From Chromera velia (lineage: Eukaryota), in contig JAHBMJ010000156.1 of NCBI GenBank assembly GCA_018398765.1, positions 1 through 55,155 of the forward strand: DNA of 55,155 bases, in the 5' to 3' direction. This document shows, piece after piece, positions 1 through 12,297 of this stretch. The notes beneath the pieces are model-generated. The model worked only from the letters and a program-made list of their open reading frames with translations. It was not told the DNA's origin and ran no database searches. Made by a program: the position numbers and the translations under genes. Positions within the stretch are counted from its first letter, which is position 1. Each line of letters starts with the position of its first letter.

Positions 1-1
1 G

Positions 2-835
2 AGGGAGGAGGGAGGGGAGGGGAGGGGCCGGGGGAGGGGACAGGGCGGGCTTACCGAGCAGATGGCCTGCCCCACTCAGTGCATCCGGGCAGAAACCATC
101 CAGAAGAAGGGAGCCTGGCTGCCCCCAAAGATGAAAGGGGGCAACGCCAGGCTCAAGAAGGGCAACCAGATCTTCGAGAAAATGACCACAGACACCTGTC
201 TCTTCTCCTCCAAGCAGGAGGAGACGAGGCGCCTCCGATCTCACCCCTCGTCTTCTTCTTCCTCAACAGCGGCAGCAGCAGCAGGAGTAGCTCAGCCTCT
301 TCCCTCCTCTCAGTCTACTCACAAAGGAAACAAGAGGATGCCTCTGCAGCAGCAGCAGGAGGAGGAAGAGAGTAAACCCCCCGTAGTCTACTGGACGAAC
401 AGGGGGGGACAGGGAGCATGGGCGGGGAGGCGTGCAGGAATGAGTGGGCGGGACCATTCCCCGGCAAGGTACTTGAAGTTCGCTGTCCGGGCATTTGGCA
501 AGGAAGCGAAACAGCTGGCAAGGTTGTGGTCAGAGGGTGCGGACGATCCCGAAATGGCCCTGTCTGAGAACAGGGGGGGGCAACCGGGGGGAGAAGTTAC
601 TTCTGCGTCTGCCTCCGGGGGAGGAAGGAGGAATGGTCGAAGAGAGAGGGGGAGGGGGCCAGGGTGTGCGTCTTCTTTGTCTTCCTCTGCAGTTCCTTCC
701 ACAGTTCAGAGTCCCAAGAGATACTCTAGGGCAGGGGGGGGGCATGGAGGGAAGAGGACGAGGGTGGGCGTCCCCTTTGATGCCGGGTCGGTTGTTGAGG
801 GAGAAGAGGAGGAGGAGGGAGAAGAAGGGTCATAG
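2..835 (+). CDS. 3' part of a low-complexity protein with a divergent AP2 (ApiAP2-like) DNA-binding domain; 5'-truncated by the window
   Basis: Frame is open from the window start. Segment ~383-535 VVYWTNRGGQGAWAGRR...KFAVRAFGKEAKQLARLW fits the AP2 pattern VyW..gW.ar...k.F.v..fG...Ak.lA..W. The same frame continues past TAG 833-835 to an AT-hook (KRGRGRPQGS, 1049-1078). Confidence 0.55.
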   Translation, partial: REEGGEGRGRGRGQGGLTEQMACPTQCIRAETIQKKGAWLPPKMKGGNARLKKGNQIFEKMTTDTCLFSSKQEETRRLRSHPSSSSSSTAAAAAGVAQPLPSSQSTHKGNKRMPLQQQQEEEESKPPVVYWTNRGGQGAWAGRRAGMSGRDHSPARYLKFAVRAFGKEAKQLARLWSEGADDPEMALSENRGGQPGGEVTSASASGGGRRNGRRERGRGPGCASSLSSSAVPSTVQSPKRYSRAGGGHGGKRTRVGVPFDAGSVVEGEEEEEGEEGS

Positions 836-1770
836 GAAGACCTGTCAAAGAAGACCAGACGAACACAAGAGAAAGGCAAGGAGACCCCGGTTCATTCCTC
901 TGTGAGTCGTCTTCTCTCCTTTAACCATTCTCTCAGGTCCCGCCAAGTGGGTGTTGTGGGGGACGGGAAGGAGACGGAAGTCTTGAAGGAGAGTTTGAAG
1001 GAGAAGGATCAGAAGAAGAAGTCTGAGGGGACAGGTGGACCATCTCAGAAGAGGGGGCGGGGGCGTCCTCAAGGATCGTATGGGAAGAACAGACGTCAAA
1101 GGTCAGAGGAACATAAAGAGAGATAAGAGGGGGCGAAGAAAAATGAAGGAAAAAGAGAAAAAACTCTCGAAGCCACTCCCAGCAGAGCAAGAGGAAACGG
1201 AGAGAGAAACTGGAGACGTGCTGTAACTTGCTAAGTTGCACGCTTCAGTTTAGCGGCCACGGTTGGATTGCTCGCGGCGGGTGCTTGATCGACCCAGCCC
1301 AGAAGCGGCCCTAGCCTGGCTTTGTAGGAGCGACTTGTCGAGATCTCTATTCCCATTAGGCTCAATACGAGCAAACATGAAGCCTACTAAACGGTAAATC
1401 GTTAGCTCAATTATATTAATACAACCCTTTAAAGTTAAAACCTAAGTTGAAAGCTAGGTTGAAAGAGTGTTTTACTGGATTGATGTCTAGATTGATGTTT
1501 TTCTACGCACTGTGGCACGGCCCCAGTGTGCAATAATGGGGAATGTCAGCATAACATGAGTATTAAAATCATAAGCAATTAAACATATTAACCTCCGTAC
1601 AGCGAGAATCGACTCAAAGTCCTTTCCTGTCATGCGGCGGCGCATTATTTGATATAAACTTACTATCAATCGCTATCAATGCACGTGCCTCAAGTGATCG
1701 CCGCCCGCCGCCATCATATCAAAACCGATTAATGCGCAGTCAGAATTTGAAAGATATCCTCGTCTTTATA

Positions 1771-2294
1771 CATAGTACGGTTAGGAGTTACTACCGGCCC
1801 CTTTTAGCCAGTAGCGAGTTACTGTCAGTTTGGTAACCATGAGATGGTAACCGGCGGACTTGAAGGCGTGTACCACTACTATAGTAACTCAAGGAAAAAC
1901 TCTGGTAAAGACAGTTGCTACTATATAGTAGACCTATTTTAAAGTCTGACTACTTAACTTATTAGCAATTTAAACTAGAATTTAAAGATTATACTCAAAT
2001 GATATAGGCTATACATAGTGATATACTACTTAGAGTTCAGTCATAAAATGATGAACATTGAATTTTACTAGAATAAACTTCTCAGGCTACTAATAAATGC
2101 AAAAAAAATGATTTTTACTAGTCTAAAATTGGTTTTATAGTTGAAGTTTGACTCAGAATATGGCTAAATCTGCCTGTTTTTAGCTACTACCACTACCATT
2201 GGAACAGTACTACCATAACCACAAAATTGGTAACCAAGTGGCGTAGTGGCCGCCTAGTAACCGTCCTACTTTCGTTACTCCTAACCATACTGTG
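1771..2294. mobile_element. Non-autonomous TIR element (Tc1/mariner-like MITE)
   Basis: Left end CATAGTACGGTTAGGAGTTAC matches the reverse complement of the right end CACAGTATGGTTAGGAGTAAC. TA flanks both sides (1769-1770, 2295-2296). AT-rich non-coding interior. Confidence 0.7.
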
Positions 2295-3014
2295 TAGCAG
2301 ATGATTAGTACGCGGTCTCCCTACTAGTCCCTAGCAGTCTTCATCTCCTGTTCCATAGTATCTGATTAATCGGCTATCTGTAATTTTGGGGGGCATTGAC
2401 TTAAAGTTTGTTCCTAAGGTCTGGCCTATACGTCTTTCGTCTCTTCCTTCTGTCCTGGTTACTGCTCTCGCTGCTAGCTCTCTCTCTCATACGACCTCAT
2501 ACTTGACGCCTCTCCATCCGAATGCCTTCTTCGGCATTTGGTAAGTGCAATACAATATTAAAGTGGATAACAACACACCGTACACACGTATATTACAGGA
2601 ATATTGCGTGAATCAGCAATGTGATCGCAAATCATCTATGAGCGTTTGGATCGATCTAGCTTGACTTGACAGTACATCACTGAGAGAATCTGCATGTTCA
2701 TCATTAACTTGAGCATTGTTCGACTTTGCCAACTTTGGTGTGTATGAAACGAACCAACTTGGTTGGCCCTCAGTGTTATTAATTCACTGTGAGTCAACTT
2801 CGATCGATCATTCAACTTTTCACCACGTTAATCATTCTCTTGCTTATACTTTCACTTTATTAGCCACTATAACTTGTTACTTCTGATCTGACGAAACCTC
2901 TGGGCCCCTTGACTATCTCAATTATTTAGTTTGTGACGCTACTTGTCTGTATATTCTGTTGTCAGACTGTTGATCACTCACTGCAAAACACAGCAATACC
3001 ATTCAATAACATAC

Positions 3015-3449
3015 CGGGGGCGAGTAGGGTGCTTTTTGCCCTCCTAAAGCGGGGCATTTCTGCAAAAAACTCGTTCTCAGAATTGGTAAAGAGTTAGAAG
3101 CTGAAACTTTGTGTAAAAAGACGTTGTAACAATAGAAAAAGAACTATGAAACAGATTTTTTATATCATTTCTAGAAACATAGGCTGTCATACAAATTTTT
3201 TGATTTTGCGGTCATATCATTTTTTAACGGTTTTCAACAGTAAGAAAAACGGTATAAAACTCAAAAAATTTATATGATAGCCTATGTTTCTAGAAATGAT
3301 ATAAAAAATCTGTTCCATAGTTCTTTTTCTATCGTTATAACGTCCTTTTACACAAAGTTTCAGCTTTTAACTCCTTACCAATTATGAGAACAAGTTTTTT
3401 GCGGAAATATGCCGCTTCAGGGGGGCAAAAAGCACCCTACTCGCCCCCG
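3015..3449. mobile_element. Foldback/MITE with 189-bp inverted arms
   Basis: 3015-3203 is the reverse complement of 3261-3449 with 16 mismatches and a 57-bp spacer. Flanks ACATAC / ACATGC look like a 6-bp target-site duplication with one transition. Confidence 0.9.
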
Positions 3450-4277
3450 ACATGCGTCGTCCTCTTTTCATAAAAAAGAGATTTAGATCCCAAGTCGGTT
3501 CGAAAAACTAGTTGACAAACCTATTGTTGCCAGTGAATATTTCATGTTACTATACAGAGGTGCATAATATAGTCCAAACTGAAGTCAAACACATAGTAGT
3601 AGTCTAAGACTTATAGTAGGTCTATGTCAGCTTTCATTTTTAAAGCATTTGAAACTTTCATGAACTTAATATTCTTGCATGTAAATGAATATTTGAATTA
3701 TTGAAAAATATATTGGTAAAATGACTTGAACAAGAAATATGATTGAAGAAGCCTTTTCCCCATCATTGACCGTTCTCACAATTTGTGCTGTGCTTCCGGC
3801 ATTCCAAGCTAGGTAGCTCAGCAGACATAAGAAACTTGAAGAGAGAAAAGTCCAGAAAACGAGTCTGAACTGAAGCTGCAATGATTCAAATGGGACGACG
3901 ACACGAAAGCATCTAGGCAACGATTGACTCAACCCCACAAGGGAAAATTAATTGTCACGTCATTTGTCGACCACTCAAAGGAGAGGGGAATTGTGCGAAC
4001 TGTTCAAGCTTCAGTGGAAGCCGTTGATCGCTTCGTACCATCGACAGTGACCTCCAGATCGTTGGAACACTTCTTCATCGATAAATCGATCAATTGTTCG
4101 TTCGACGTTCGTTCGTTCATGCCAACTTACGCATGCAACGGGACTGTATCGGGCCTCGCTGTGTTAAGTGCATAAGCTGTTTTTTCCCTCCCCGTTTGGT
4201 TCCTCTGATCGCCTTGCATGCTAGATCAGAGAACTCTGCCTTCTCCAAGTTGGTCTCTGACACAAGATTTTTCGTCC

Positions 4278-4332
4278 TCTCTCTCTCTCTCTAGAAAGAA
4301 AGAAAGAAAGAAAGAAAGAAAAGAAAAGAAAG
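4278..4332. repeat. (CT)n followed by (AAAG)n microsatellite
   Basis: Directly visible. Confidence 0.85.
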
Positions 4333-4918
4333 ACATACATTTTTAAATCGGCAGGTCGAGCCGACACAGGCAGGGAGGAAAGAGATGGAGAGGAGGGGGG
4401 GACACGTTCCGTGTAAAGACTACACGGCCCACAAACGACTGAAGAGGTATTTCAACCCCCCCCCCCCGGGGCCCAGCGGCATTTCTGTTTCACAGATGCA
4501 CACAGATCATGAAAGAGTGAGAGAGAGAGAGAAAGCAGTAAAAGCACAGAGAAACGACGCGGCGCACCCATGCAGCGTTTACTTCTGAGACTTCCTCGCT
4601 GCATTCTGTCTCCCTTTGAGGCATTTGATTGATCCGCGTGCTTACGAAGGACGAAAATGTCTTCAAATGCCTTCCCTCTGATCTCGGCCTCGGCAATTTG
4701 TCTTGCATCAGCAGAGAGCATTGCATGGGTCTAGTGCTTTGGCAGTGTGCTCACTTCAATTACGGGCCTGGAGAATGATGCATGAGGAAAAGTGAAAAGA
4801 GAGGCATTACTGAAGCACAACTTGCACATTTAAGGGGAGGTCGTATGGGTCTGTGGCAGAAAAGGTCTATAAGAAAACGCTCTCTCTTGGTTCCGTTTCC
4901 TCTCCTCTCAGCTGTCTG

Positions 4919-7900
4919 TCACTTCACTGGCCTGCCTGACGGGCCATGAAGGAAAGCGCCCTGTAGTCCCCTCGACCACGGTCTGTTGGAAGAGTGTGCA
5001 GGGGTGAGAGCCTGCGGGCGCACCCCTGTCCTTCTTCCGGAGAGAGCGGTTGCAGCTCTTTTGTAGGCCTCTGAGAAAGCCGACTGTCCTGCTGCGAGGG
5101 GGCCACACTGTGGTATCATTCGAGGGGGTTGAGCATCTCTTCGGGGAACGCTGCAGGGGTGACAGTGAGGACCCACCGTGCCGCTCTCTTGCATGAGCAC
5201 CCCTGTCGTCCTTACAGCTGATCTCTGTCGAATCTTTCCATGACTCTCTGCAAGTCTGCTTGCTGACGAGACAGCAGCAAGGGGGGGACCATAGAGTACA
5301 GTACCACTGCCAACGGCGGCAGGAGTTTGGGTGAGTGGGTGGTCGCTCAGACCGTGGGCTGCCAATGCACCGACAGATCCCCCCCCCCCGCTGCTGGGCG
5401 TCTGGCGCCCCCCCGACCTCATCGTTGATGATTCTCTTCCTCCTCCTCCCATTCCCCCACTGCCGGCATCGTTCAGCCACTGCACTGACAGTTCCCTAGG
5501 AAGACCCAGAGAGGCGGGGGGGTGCTGAGTAGCAGATCGTGCAGCCATCGGGTCCCATACGGGAACGCATTGGGGACCTCCCAGTACGGTCACGCCCCCT
5601 GTGCAGGTGACAGCACGGGGTGTCCAGACAGCACTGGGGCCGGGGGACACGGCCACTCTGGCCCTTGAGGGGGCGGTGGTCTTTGTGACAACAGTGGTGG
5701 AACGGGAAGTTCCCTGGGTGGGGGCGTCGGCGGCGTGCAGGAAGCGAACGGAGGTCGGGGGCGGTGTTTGCTCGAAGCGTCTGACGCTGGAAGGGGTACG
5801 GGAGTGGATCTGAAGGGGGACCTGGCAAGTGAATGTGTGTGGGGGCCGTGCACTGACAGCCTGTTTGGGGCCCGCGACAACGCGTCTGTGGTGATCTCCT
5901 GCAGTGTGTTTGGGGGGAGAGAGGCGAAGGTGCTGTTGCCTGTTTGTGACACTGTGCCCGTGCTGCTTTCTCTGCGGGCAGTTTCGCATTCCCGTACGTG
6001 GCGATCCTGTGGGGCGACGGGGATTTGAATGTTGGAATCGGAATTCTGTGGTATGAGCTGTGGGGGGATTTTGGGTTGGAAGTGTAGGAAGGGGAGGGGG
6101 GAGGGAAGAGACTTGCGGGACTAGTTCACTCGGAACAAGCATTTGGGGGGACTGGAGGGAGAGGGGATGAAGTGCTGGAGACGGAAAATCGACGTCGGAA
6201 TGATCAATCTGCTCTGATGGGTGTGCTAGTGCCATGATGCTCGTGTCTTCTTTATCATCCTGATTGAGATGAGATTCGAGGTTGAGATCTGTGCCGCCAT
6301 GATCGTCGTCAGCCAAGGTCTGTCCAGGGCACTCACCCATATCTTGGAGAGATCTGGAGTCTTCCTCGAACGGAGACAGTCTGACCTCAGTAGGAGCATT
6401 TTGAGATTTGAGGGAGACGTTCTCGGAGTCTCTTCCATCAGGATTGGCTGGGAGCTCTCTGGAGTCTCTGTGAGAGTGAGGGGGGGACAGCCTCAGACTC
6501 CTCTCTTCTGCCTCTTCCTCTTCCTCTGTATGGGCCTGCTGACTTTTCTCCTCCTCAATCACGGAAGGGGCAGAGAGAAGGTCTGAAAATTCTTCTCTGT
6601 CCTCTGTCACTCTTTCCAACTCGAGAGGCTGGGAGGCCTCCTCGTGATCCACTAGGTCGGTTTCTTGTCTCTCTGTCTCGGTGTTGATCGGAGAGTCGAG
6701 AACCAAATGTGGAGGGCTCTTTTCTTTGCCTGAGGAGCCTTTTCGCGCTCCCTTTGTGGATACGGGCAGAGGCCTGGACGGTTCCTTCTTTTTGATAGAG
6801 GGACCTCGATACTTAGAGAGGGACGCCTGGGTGGGCCGTTGAGAACGCTGGGGGGGGGCGGGCCTGAGAGCCGATGTGGAGGGCACCTGTGAGGCGGCAG
6901 CGGTGGGCTTTCGGTAAGTGGTGCGCTGTTGTGGCTGTGAAAAATTGGAATTGTTTTTGTGCTTTGAAAAGGGGTCTCGTTTTCTGGCTCTTGTGTTGTT
7001 GTTGCTCTCGGTGGTGATTGCGGGTCTCCTTTGGCAGTCTTGGAGGCTTGTCTGGGGGGTGCAGAGGGAGGTGGGGGTAGACAGAGGGATGGATCCGGTT
7101 GGGGACGCGCTGGGGGAGAAGCTAAGGGATGCTGTTCCCTTGTTCTTTTTGTCACCTCTTTGATCCTTTGTGCCCCCCCCAGCTACAAGCACCAACAGCT
7201 GTGACTCCCTTCTTGGTTCGGATTGATGGAAAAGAGAAGCTGCGGATGATCGTCTGCTCATTTGCTGATTTGCCATCTGAGGGGAACCCTGAGGAGCTGC
7301 TGAGAGTCGGCCCAGGGGTCGGCTTTGGCTTTCGCACCCCTTTCTTTCCTTGTTTGTTGACCCTCTGCTGTGTGTGTGAGTGGTCCTCTTTCTTCCTGGG
7401 GGGGCAGATTCCCAGGGGCGGGGGGGGGAGCAAGAAGATGCCTGGCAGTTTGCAGCACACTTCCGGCATGTCTGTCCGGTGAAGTCGCCTGATGCGGCAG
7501 CTGCGCTTTTTTTGTCTTTCCGGGATTTTGTCCGGGGTTTGGAGCCCTGCAGACAGGTGTGGAGAACAGAGGTGAATGCATCAAGGAGCAAAGCAGAAAA
7601 GGGAGGAGAAGAGAGGGAGACAGATGGCAGCAGCGGAAAGGTGCGGAGAATAGAGTGGCGGCAAGTTTTACACAGACATACGGTAAATGTCTTGTGCTTA
7701 CAATATTGTGGGAGAACTGCAAAGGGTATTGAAGAATTCAAAGATACACCGTCCCATAGAGAAACAAATTCTCATGCAAACTCACGTGCAGCGGTTCTTC
7801 GGTTGTAGCAGCAGCGTTCCTTGCCCGGCAGGGAGAGCACAAACTCTGTCTGAGTATCTCAAGTTTGACCTGAGAGGTTGCTGCGTTATTCAGAATTTCC

Positions 7901-10900
7901 CCCTCCCGATTCTCCCACAGATTTTCTGTCCGGACGCCACCGAGCATGTCTCTCTCTGTTGGTTTTTCTTCGTCTGGTTCTGATTGACAAATTTGGACTC
8001 CATCAGGATTCATCTCTGCAATGAAGAGTCTTTCATCGTTTCTGACTTCTGTGAGCCTATCAACCTGCTCTTCCTCCCCCCTGTGACCCTGAGGACCTTC
8101 TTCATTCTGAAATGACAGAGACTCATCCCCCTCTGAAAAGGGGACCAGGGCAGTAACAGAGGCCCCAGCAAGAAGGGGTACCCCCAGATTTTCTGCCGGT
8201 TGATCCCTTAAATGACTTCCCTCACCCGGCACCCCGCCGAAGAGAGCCCGTGGGGGGGGGCAGAAGGGGAAGCTCAGCCCTTCCGAAGATGCGGTCGGAG
8301 GAAGGAATGCATGGAGGGACGCTGACCTCGTTCCTGGTTGGCTGCTCAGTTTGGGAGGATGGGGGTTCAAAACATGAGGAGGACGGGGGCGAGAGACGGA
8401 CTTCTGGAAATGGGGATGGTGGGGCATTTGGGGGGACAGGTGAAGGAGGGGAGTGGATGATGCGGGAGAGGGACAAGGCCAGGGCATAGGTGGAGCACGA
8501 ACAAAGAGACTGTGCTGTTTGGGAAGCATGCAAGATGAAGAGGCCCCGGCATGCCCCTCAAGGGTGGGGTGCCTTTGCTGCCTCCTGGGTTGTTGAAGTT
8601 CTGGGGGGGGAGCAACGAACTGAAGAGACCTCCCCAGGTTCTGCTCAGGAAGCACCACGGAGCCCATGCAGGCATGATCTAGGGTTTCTGAGGGGAGAGG
8701 ACTTCCGTTAGCTCTTCCTGGGGGTTGGCTGGGGGGTGCTGTCTGGTCAGGTTTCCCTTCTTGAAACTGAGGAACGGACAGGGAGACGGGGAAAGGAGGA
8801 GGCCAGGCTTGCACGGGAGGGTGGGCGATAGGTGTATTTGGAGGTCTGAAGGACTGAAGGTTTGGGTTCGGTCTTCGAAGGGGTAAGGGGGGCCCGTGGA
8901 TGATTGGGTGTCCGGCGTGCAGAGGTGCTTGCTTCGGGTTCTCAGGTGTGTGGCCTGCTTTCCCGATTGAGCCTGTCGGGATGAAAACTCGTGCACCTGC
9001 AGGGTTCCGAGGTTGAGGCTGAAATTGATAGGAAGGGGGTGGAAGTTTCTCTTTCTCCGCTCCTCTATAGGTCGTTGCAACAGAGAAGGAAGCAGAAAGA
9101 GAGAGGGGAGAGGAATCACCCCGGATCGGGATGTCGGGACCTTTCGGGGCCCTTGGGTCCATTCTGCGGTCTCTCCCGCCTCCTTTGGCTGTGCTCGGTT
9201 TCTCTCTGTCTCTGTTCTCGGGTGCACATTCTCCCTCTTCTTCTCTCCTCCTCTGCGCCCAAAATCGTTCACGCTCGTCTGCGAGCTCCTCTGCGGCCTT
9301 GCCGCACACAGTTGTGAGGCCTGACAAGGGGAAGGATGCCTCGAGCTGCTGTCTCTCTTCAGTCAATTGACGGGACCCGAAGAGAGGGCCTCTCAAAGGG
9401 GGAATCTGGGGGTGGCTAGAGCGGCTGTCGGTTCTGGTATTTGTGTTTCTCATCCGACCCAGATCACTTCTCCTATCTCTCCTCGCACCTCCGCCTTCCC
9501 CTGTCTCCCCCCCTGAATCCCCCCCTGCGTCTCTGAATCTTATGACAGATCCCTGATTGAATCTGACTGCTGCCTTTTCGAGAGAGGAGAGAAAGCCTTC
9601 CTCATGCCTCCAGGCTGATTCTCCCTCCCCCCCCTCCTCTTCTTCTGTTGTGCCCTGACGCGCTAGACGAGGCATGATGTCGTGAGTGTCACTTGCAAGT
9701 GAGAATGAGTGAGTGCCCGTGATGGCAACGCTGGGAAGACACCACAGGGGGTGGCAGGAGTCTTGACTGGTCCTTCGGGAACACGCAGCAGCGGCAGCAA
9801 TACCCTGCTGTGTGTGTGTCTGTGAATTCTCCTCCTCTTCCTCCTCGTCTGAAGCAGCCCCCTGCTGATCCTGGAGGGATTCGTCCTCCCCCGGGTGCTC
9901 TTGAGGCTGCTCTTCCGCCTGCTGCTGGGTGCCTCTAACAACGGAGTCTCCCCCCCCTGCTGACTGCACTGCCTCCTCCTCCCTCCACATGCGAATCAGG
10001 GGGGGGACTCTAGAGTCGGCCTTGGTCAGGTACTCTGTGAAGGTCTGCATGCAGGGGAGGATGGATGGGGCAGGCAGGGAAGATTGAGGAACAGCTTGGA
10101 CAAGTGAAAGAGATTTGAAAGGGAAAGAAAGAATGGAGGTAGAGAACAAAAGACGGACTTTAGACCTAAATGAGTGGAATGGAGAGAAGAAAAGTACTCC
10201 CGCAAACACGCGTGATCATATCATGTTTAAAGACGAACACGCAAGGACGGGACTCGATGGAATCACACACCTCGGGTCAGCCCCCAAATTTGGCCCGGAA
10301 GGACAACATTGGAATAGATGCATCAACGAAAAGGCCTGTCTCGAAGGAACATTTGATGCCTGACTGACTGACGCACGCACGCACCTTCTGGTCCTGCTTG
10401 GCCTGTCTTGCGAGACGTTCGCCTCTAGGACTTGCTTGCTCCTCCCCTCCGACTTCTGCGGGAGGCCGCACCGCAGCTCTCCCATCTTCTTGTCTTGCTC
10501 TGATGGTCTGCACGGGTGCAAGCGGGTTCAGTCGTTCATGCAGAAAGGAGAGGAAGGGAGCGGAGAAAAAAAGAGATCCAAACAAAGAAGTGTGGATTGT
10601 TGCATGCATGCAGAATTTCTGTCTTTCCCGCTTGCGTGCTGCTGACAAGAGAGCGAATTTAATCTGCCTAGAAATATGAAAAGAAGGAAAAATTTTGGGG
10701 TCTGAGAGGGGATTGTGGGCGGAGGGTTTTGCCGGCACACGTACATTGTTCAGTCTTTCCACTCGGCGAAGGTACTCCTTTGCGAACTTCAAGCGAGCGA
10801 GCCCGTGTCCGACTGCCTCGATTGCAGCCTGCAAAAACATAACAGACAAGCACGACAGAGGCTCACCAAGAAGCAGGAACCGCGCTGGTGTGCAAACGTA

Positions 10901-11480
10901 TGTGCCAGTAATGTCAGAGATCCAGATCTCCCACCAGGCACATCTTTAATATATGAAAACGTGTTGTTGTACTGTTGTTCAGAAACGAAACATTTCATTC
11001 TTTCGAACAAAAACCTTTCACGACTACTTTGAGGTGTGTATTGCTGCTTCCAGCCGGCTGATGGAGTTTCCTCCTGCCTCGTGCACGCACAGGCACTTGG
11101 CGACTTACTTCTTCACGGCGATTCAACTCAACCTTCTCCTCCTGTATGAACTCCTTGCTTGAAGCCCACTCAGTCAGTGTCTGCAAGGAAGGTCGGGCAA
11201 GCGGTGATTGTCCACAGTATTCTTCATTTGTGAAACAGCAAAAAAGCATCTTGAAAGCCGAACGGACTCTGTGTATGGCCATGTTGCGTTCATGTGTTGT
11301 ATCTCTTCGCAACACAGCATTCTTCTCCACTTCCCGAAGATCTTCGACTGCTCTCATCAACGGTCTCAGCCGCTCTCCTTCCTTCTCCAAATCATTCAGA
11401 ATGTCCGCAGTCACATCTTCAAGAAACGCATCGTCCTGGTACCAGGCCACAGAGCCTGAACCAGAGCGGGCAGAATCCAT
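4919..11480 (-). CDS. Large multi-exon hypothetical protein: helical/coiled-coil N-terminus, long Pro/Ser/Gln-rich disordered C-terminus
   Basis: ATG at 11480 (MDSARSG...). Short exons with GT/AG borders near 11109 (REE|gtaagt), 10828-10745 (AAIEAVG...LNN|gtacgt) and ~10386 (QDQK|gtgcgt), then two long ORFs 7738-10209 and 4919-7741 entered after pyrimidine-rich acceptors. No domain recognised; 3' end uncertain. Confidence 0.6.
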
Positions 11481-12297
11481 TGTTTCTTTCAGTGTACTTT
11501 GAGAGATCTCAACAACAGTCAAAGAACTCCCTGTCTTTGCATGCAGGACTCTCTTGATTCGGCAGGGTCATACGTAGGAAACACTGATCCTGGCAGTTGC
11601 TGGCACAGAGACCCGCAGACCGCAGTATGATTGATAAAAGGATGTAAAGCTGCTCCTGAAACCTGCTGCCAACAATGATCCTACACTGCGGACCTTCAGC
11701 TGCATGCGGACCACAGACGACAAGTTCGTAAATTGGCATTTGCGCGCGTAATGCGCGCTCGCTCGCGATTGCCAAAGGACTTAGCCCGCGGTCTCCCGTC
11801 TCCAGCTTCAGGGACTCAGTTGACTGTCCTGCTGATACTCGAGTGCTGTGAGAGACCGTCAGGGGCATTCAGGGGCTGCTTGGCAATCTCCTGTCCTCTC
11901 CTCTCTATCGTGCAGTCTTGGCATGTCTTCGCTCACATTCGTTCCAATACTGTGCAGCCTTTCCTGTCGATGTGACTGACGCGTCCTGCAGTGCTCAAGG
12001 GAAGGAAGATAGATACCTTCGTCGTTTTTGTTGTCCCACTCTGTTTCTCACCTGCGTGATTGTACACAAGAGTTCTAATCAGGAGCTCCTCTATCAGTCC
12101 CTCGGACATCGGATTTCCAGCCTCCTCTGTAGTTCTGTCTCAAACAGTCCACACTTCGTGAACCCTTGCTAGACGCGCTGCATGGTCGGATCACTACATT
12201 GTTCGTAGGCGTTGAAGGTGCCGTCTACCCTCCGCTAGGCAGTCTTAAACACCTGCTCGTGCGGGCTTCTGCAGATAATTTTTTGTGCTTGTCCAGT

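Noticed and set aside
2295..2545. Possible solo LTR followed by a TGG primer-binding site
   Set aside because: No second LTR, TSD or gag/pol sequence visible.
4452..4860. Extra micro-exons of the large minus-strand gene
   Set aside because: Joins need 24-43 nt introns and cannot be supported without transcripts.
12166..12297. Non-ATG upstream extension of the bilin reductase ORF
   Set aside because: Eukaryotic gene; the first ATG at 12298 gives a plausible targeting leader.
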